A stretch of 62,897 bases of DNA, counting the filler, from Pelomyxa schiedti (taxonomy: Eukaryota; Protista; Evosea): assembly GCA_020536535.1 (NCBI GenBank). It is 7 parts of 7 records of this genome, joined end to end, with 100 filler letters (N's around TTAATTAATTAA, not from the genome) between each part and the next. Parts side by side here need not be neighbours in the genome. Positions count along the whole stretch, not along the records: positions 39,661 to 59,912 come from JAHLWZ010001092.1; positions 60,013 to 62,897 come from JAHLWZ010001861.1; 5 more parts are not named here. One strand, given 5' to 3'. Made by a program: the position numbers and the translations under genes. The notes under the pieces were generated by a model. That model saw only the letters and a list, made by a program, of their open reading frames with translations, was not told where the DNA came from and made no database searches. Of this stretch, positions 58,101 through 62,897 are shown in pieces (within the stretch, counting starts at the first letter, position 1; every line of letters starts with the position of its first letter).

Positions 58101-59438
58101 GTCGACTCTGCTGTTGAAGAGTCCCGAGATCGATACAAGTCCATGTCAAGGGGAGCCAGATTCAATGCAACGGAGTACAATCGCCGTGGCCAGAATTACC
58201 ATTCCTCACACCATCAGCCTTATTATGATGACGGGTATTCCGGTTCTCAAGCGCAAAACGCCGACAGAGACCTGACCTGGCAACAAAGGAACATGCTTTC
58301 CAGCAGGAGTGAAAAGGACAGAGATCAGACAGATAAAGAACCGGAGAGAGACTCATACCGATCAGATCAACGGACTCCAAGGGAGTCAAACTGGAATCCA
58401 AGCTCCCCAAGTTCCCCGAACTCTTCCTCTTATCAGCCTAATCCCTATCCCAACTCTATGGGTATGGGGTTCAACCCGCCACAATCTCGGGAGTACTATT
58501 CCCAGTATTCTCCCAATGCTACCCAACCTCAACCACAACAAGGGTACTACAACTCTTCGCCTTATTCGTCATTATACAGTGGAAATGTTAACCAACCACA
58601 ACAAACAGGATCACTTGCACAGCAACCAATGCCACCGCCACAGCATCCCGGCCCACAGTCACAACAGCCATACATGCCACGTTCACAACCACAATCACCT
58701 TACTTGTCCACACAGCAGCCATACTCCCCCCACTTCTCCCCTCGCATGGAAAGTCAACCAGCTGTACCGTCAGCACCAGCTATGCCGCTACCGCAACAGG
58801 GAACCAGCTCTTATCCTCCCTATGGCTCCTCCAACTGGGGTGGTTCCCCCTCATATACCTCGTATGGTGGCTACCAACCTCCAACTTCCTACTACGGGCC
58901 TCCACCCTCCTCTCGTATGCCACCGCCATCGTCCGTTCCAACGAATCTCTACAACCCCGCACAACCACAACAACCGCCGCAGCAACCTCACAAGTTCCTC
59001 TATTCCAACACTCCTCCCCCTTCTTGGTTGGCATCACCTTCATTCACACAACCCTCTCAAGCTTCGCAACAAAGCACTCAGCTTCCCACACCAAACCCAA
59101 ATAACGCCAACACCGGCACCGCCACCAGCAACATTTCCCCAAACCCTCCAGCTTTTTCACAACCACCAGCAGTAGAACAGACTACAACAAATCCCACAGA
59201 CTCCGCACGCCCACAGCACCCTTGCCAAACACTTTATCAGCCTCCGCATCAAAGGCGAGCATTACTTCAGCCCCCGTCGGCCTTCAGGCAGCAACAACAA
59301 CCCATAAGCCCTGCTCCCTATATCCCTTCTTACTCCCAGCAACAGCCGCAGTCACCACAGCCAATGCAACCCCAAATGCAATCACAACAGAACAGAATGG
59401 GCACATTCCCACCACCAATGTCCTACGGGAAACCCTAA
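55198..59438 (+). CDS. XRN2: 5'-3' exoribonuclease 2 (Rat1) with CCHC knuckle and long low-complexity C-terminal tail; about 4 exons
   Basis: [10 protein letters not shown]; [21 protein letters not shown]; [17 protein letters not shown]; PGEGEHKIM; GLDADLIML; [14 protein letters not shown]; GNDFLPHLP; [10 protein letters not shown]. Confidence 0.96.
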
Positions 59439-59839
59439 TTACTGCTATGTCATTGTGTAAGGCCAATTAACCATCATTCCAAATTGCCTGGTGGCCTGCA
59501 CACAAGTGCAAAATAAACGAGGCTAATCGCCCTCTGTCTTCCCCCAACCCAATTTTTTCCTATGCCGGAATAGTTTGATGGAAAAGGTCTCAAAACACTC
59601 TTTGAAACCAGGGTTTTTCCGATCATTCTTCCCACCTTGGAATAAGAAAAAAAGCACACAGCACAAGGGGCACGATCGAAACCGAAACGGCGGGTCGGTA
59701 CCAGGACTGGCACGGAGCTGCAAGAGACGCGGTGCTGGGGGGTGATGTCGATACCCTCAGGCGTCTGTTGAACAGGAACTCATCATTGGCTATATCACCA
59801 CTCTTGATTAGTACGTGCTAGAGTCCAGTGGTGGCTAAC

Positions 59840-59912
59840 TTGTTTGTTTGTTTGTTTGTTTGTTTGTTTGTTTGTTTGTTTGTTTGTTTGTTTGTTTGTT
59901 TGTTTGTTTGTT
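59840..59912. repeat. (TTTG)n microsatellite running into a contig end
   Basis: Perfect TTTG tandem repeat up to the gap. Confidence 0.97.
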
Positions 59913-60012
59913 NNNNNNNNNNNNNNNNNNNNNNNNNNNNNNNNNNNNNNNNNNNNTTAATTAATTAANNNNNNNNNNNNNNNNNNNNNNNNNNNNNNNN
60001 NNNNNNNNNNNN
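59913..60012. other. Artificial contig linker
   Basis: TTAATTAATTAA at 59957-59968 within Ns. Confidence 0.97.
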
Positions 60013-62897
60013 CCTTGCTGCTTGCCCACACCAGAGATTCCAAGTATTGGCACGCCCCGCACATCTCGGTCTGCACAGATTCCACATCAGATATCATTCC
60101 GGCAATTGTACGTCGCCTCCGCGTACTGCTTGGTTGACAGCTCTACAATCAGGTTTCCATCTCAGGATTGTGCTGCACAATTTGACTTTCTTGCCAGCAA
60201 ATCTTGCATCAATCTCCACATTCTTCCTGCTGGTTTATCCCCGATTTCTCTATCGCCAAGATTTTGGTGTTCCCCCTGGCTGCTGACTCAACATGTCTCT
60301 ATTTGCCATGAGGCCAATCCTTGTTATTCGCCAGTGGCCTCTCTCCAAGCAGGTAACTCCTTAGCTCTCAATGCATGGGGGACTCTTAACCCTGATTGCA
60401 CACAAGGGCATTTGCTTTCCACCTTCCTGTGGGGATCCCATATCAAATTTCTCGTCGTTGGAGACAGCCTGCCAGGTTGCCTCCTCAGAGGAGAAGAGGG
60501 CCATCCATGTTTCCAAGAGGTTGGTCCGCCGCGGATACAGCCTTCCCCCCAATGGCAGCACCAGTGCCTCAAACACTCACCTGGTGAGGTGATCTTGGGT
60601 GTTTGTGGGCGTCAGTCACCCAATGACCGTCGTCGTGTCGTGGTGGTGCGCGTAAAAGGAGGTCGGGGTATCGATGGAAGTAGCACTCAACGTGGATGGA
60701 CGTGACCACACACCGGCCACGGCTCAGACAAGTTCCTCCCCCATCATTATCACATTCACCTTTGCTGTGCCCGGCGACCATGCTCACCTCTGGAAGAGGT
60801 ACCGAAGAGGCCGTTGTCAGATCGAGTATGTACACAAACCGGTGTTGCATTCTAACTTCTTATTACACTAGATATGGACCCAGACAGGAGATGTACCACA
60901 ACTGGCATGTTCACCGTCTGAAACTTCAATCTAATACAGAATGGCACGTGATTACAAGGAGGTGATCACCATTATTCTTTAATGAACTGAATGTTTATAG
61001 CTGCACTCCAAAAACAACACAACAACAGAGATAAGACTAAGCTCCAGGTATACAACGAATTTGCTCTCGTATCGCAAAAGCTGGTTAAACTTATACTGGT
61101 GCAATGAGTCGTTTGTTTTCTAATGCTGTGTGGAGTCCAAGGAATGGTCTGTTGGAGGAGAAATTCTTCCAGGTTCGTAACTGCTGCAATATAATTCCTT
61201 ACATTACACAGCTCACTGGGAGTGGTGATGGAGCTGCTTTGAGTGGGAAGTGTGGAGTTATTGCCGGTACTGTTACTCTTTTTTTTTCCGAACCAGTACT
61301 CTAGAAAATGCAGACTTGGTGTATGAGTTGCAGCAGACTCCTCAGGTTGTTCATCGCACACTTCTCTTCAGTATGCCATTCCCCTCAGAAAATACCCATT
61401 GAGGTCAGCAATTCCCAATGCGAAAAAAGATGTGTATCAGGTTGAACATGAAATAACTGGTTAATAAAACGCCAATATAAGCCAATAAAACAATAAATAA
61501 ATACAAATGAAATGTATAAGCAGTGTTGTATGCATTCCTATCATTTCCACACTAAGCCTGTTGATGCATGGTACCAGTTAGTGTTGGAAATGGTTGCTTG
61601 AGTTTGCCTTTGAAGCTTGGTTGGATTGTCAAACAAGGGCCTGGCAGAACTGCAGGACAAAGAGATGGCCATTTCCGGTTCAAAAATCCACAACAACTAG
61701 CAAGAACACTGGCTCTTAGGAAAAGGGTGCATATTCACAGTGGCACAGAACGGTGTGAGGGCAACCCTTCCCATAAGTGCTTCTACACATAAAAACAGTT
61801 GGTTTTGTGGGAGAAAGCCCTAACACAATCTGGGATCTCCCCCAACAAAGGTTGCAACGAACATTGCATTGATGTGATGTAAGACCACATCTTTGGCATT
61901 CAATCAGTGTCTCAATGACTCTTGGCCTTTATTGGCATAAAAAGTGAAAAAAAAGGAGTACATTGTTTTTGTACACTGGGGTGCAAGTCAAATGAGAAAA
62001 ACAGAATTTTTTTGTGCCGCGGAGCGGTTGGTGTGGCAGCGCGGCGTGTGTGTTTGTTGAATCGGGTTCGCCGTGGTTGCGCTGTCTTGAGAATGAGGCC
62101 TTCATTTCGTCAGGCATAAAGCCCCAAATTTTGAAAAAGCGCGTACAAACTGGAGCGGGCAAGGAGGTTTACACTTGGGAGGTCGTTTGTTTGTGGTTGG
62201 CGTTGGGGAGGAAAAGGAAAAAAAACAAAAAATCTATAGTTTACTATGCCGGTGGTTGAGGATGTATGCACTCCCACTTATTGCCAGTTTCCCTCTTGCA
62301 CAATTTACAACATCCCTTCTTAACGCCTTTTCGCTCTTCATCTCATACTTTTTGAAGGTTGTGGGATTTACAGCTGAGAATAGGATGTCACCAAGGCCCT
62401 GTCTCCCTTTTTATAATCACCCAACTCAGCAATAACTGTCCACTTCCATCACACCAGGCCAGACTTCCACTCAACAACCCACATTCTCACTCTACTTCTT
62501 CTGTCTCACACTCCAATCCTGCTCTAAAGTGGGAAAAAACAATACCAATTTGGAGAAAGTGGAGTTTAGCACCTTAATTTCTTTTTTTTTTTTGAAGTTG
62601 AAAATTGACTTCAGGCCAGGGCACATCAGGGGAGAAGTGGACTCTGGCATGTAGGGGCACTGAAAGTGAAAACCTGAGGAACACGGAGCAGAGCTGCATA
62701 CCATTCTCCTGGGCGGCGTCAGTCCAGGGTACCTATTATGTTTCAGTGATGATGAAAAGGGAGAGGGGGATTTACTATGGTACAAGTAGGACAAGGTGAA
62801 ACGAGGAAAAGAAGAAACATACCAGCGGCCAAGCTGCTGGAAGTCAAAGGGCTCCAATGCCAGCACTCCCATACAGGTTGAGTGCGGGAAAGGATCT

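Noticed and set aside
60013-62897. Several ORFs, possibly a decayed gene or retroelement
   Set aside because: Frames are repeatedly interrupted, and no RT, integrase or transposase motif was recognised; a TBLASTX/HMM search is needed.

Overview
Eukaryotic (protist) genomic scaffold with short GT-AG introns, mostly about 40-100 nt. From recollection, the expanded families resemble those of the archamoeba Pelomyxa schiedti; this needs a BLAST check. The window is a patchwork of contigs: six 100-nt gaps carry an artificial TTAATTAATTAA six-frame-stop linker and three are plain N100 gaps. It has two kinds of region. (1) Conserved, mostly intron-rich housekeeping genes: a UBA-VIT-vWA protein, a THUMPD2-like methyltransferase, alanine aminotransferase, an SDR, NXF1/Mex67, ATG18/WIPI, VPS45, an atypical DUSP, 14-3-3, proteasome beta2 (PSMB7) and XRN2. 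(2) A fast-evolving accessory block at about 9.3-41.8 kb. It holds a Crinkler-type P-loop NTPase + PD-(D/E)xK gene between two broken genes, tandem MGN-initiated PINK1-like kinase/SEL1-repeat genes (one apparently active, one degenerate), a MORN protein and an orphan BTB exon. It also holds a tandem array of intronless genes with a near-invariant N-terminal header (LALVMASHNRCGASSPARHFV) on divergent beta-rich bodies that carry a hypervariable Cys/His loop. The best candidate for an undescribed system is this header-plus-variable-body array together with the kinase-SEL1 and Crinkler-like genes, read as a putative immunity/conflict locus. No rRNA, tRNA or CRISPR array was recognised.
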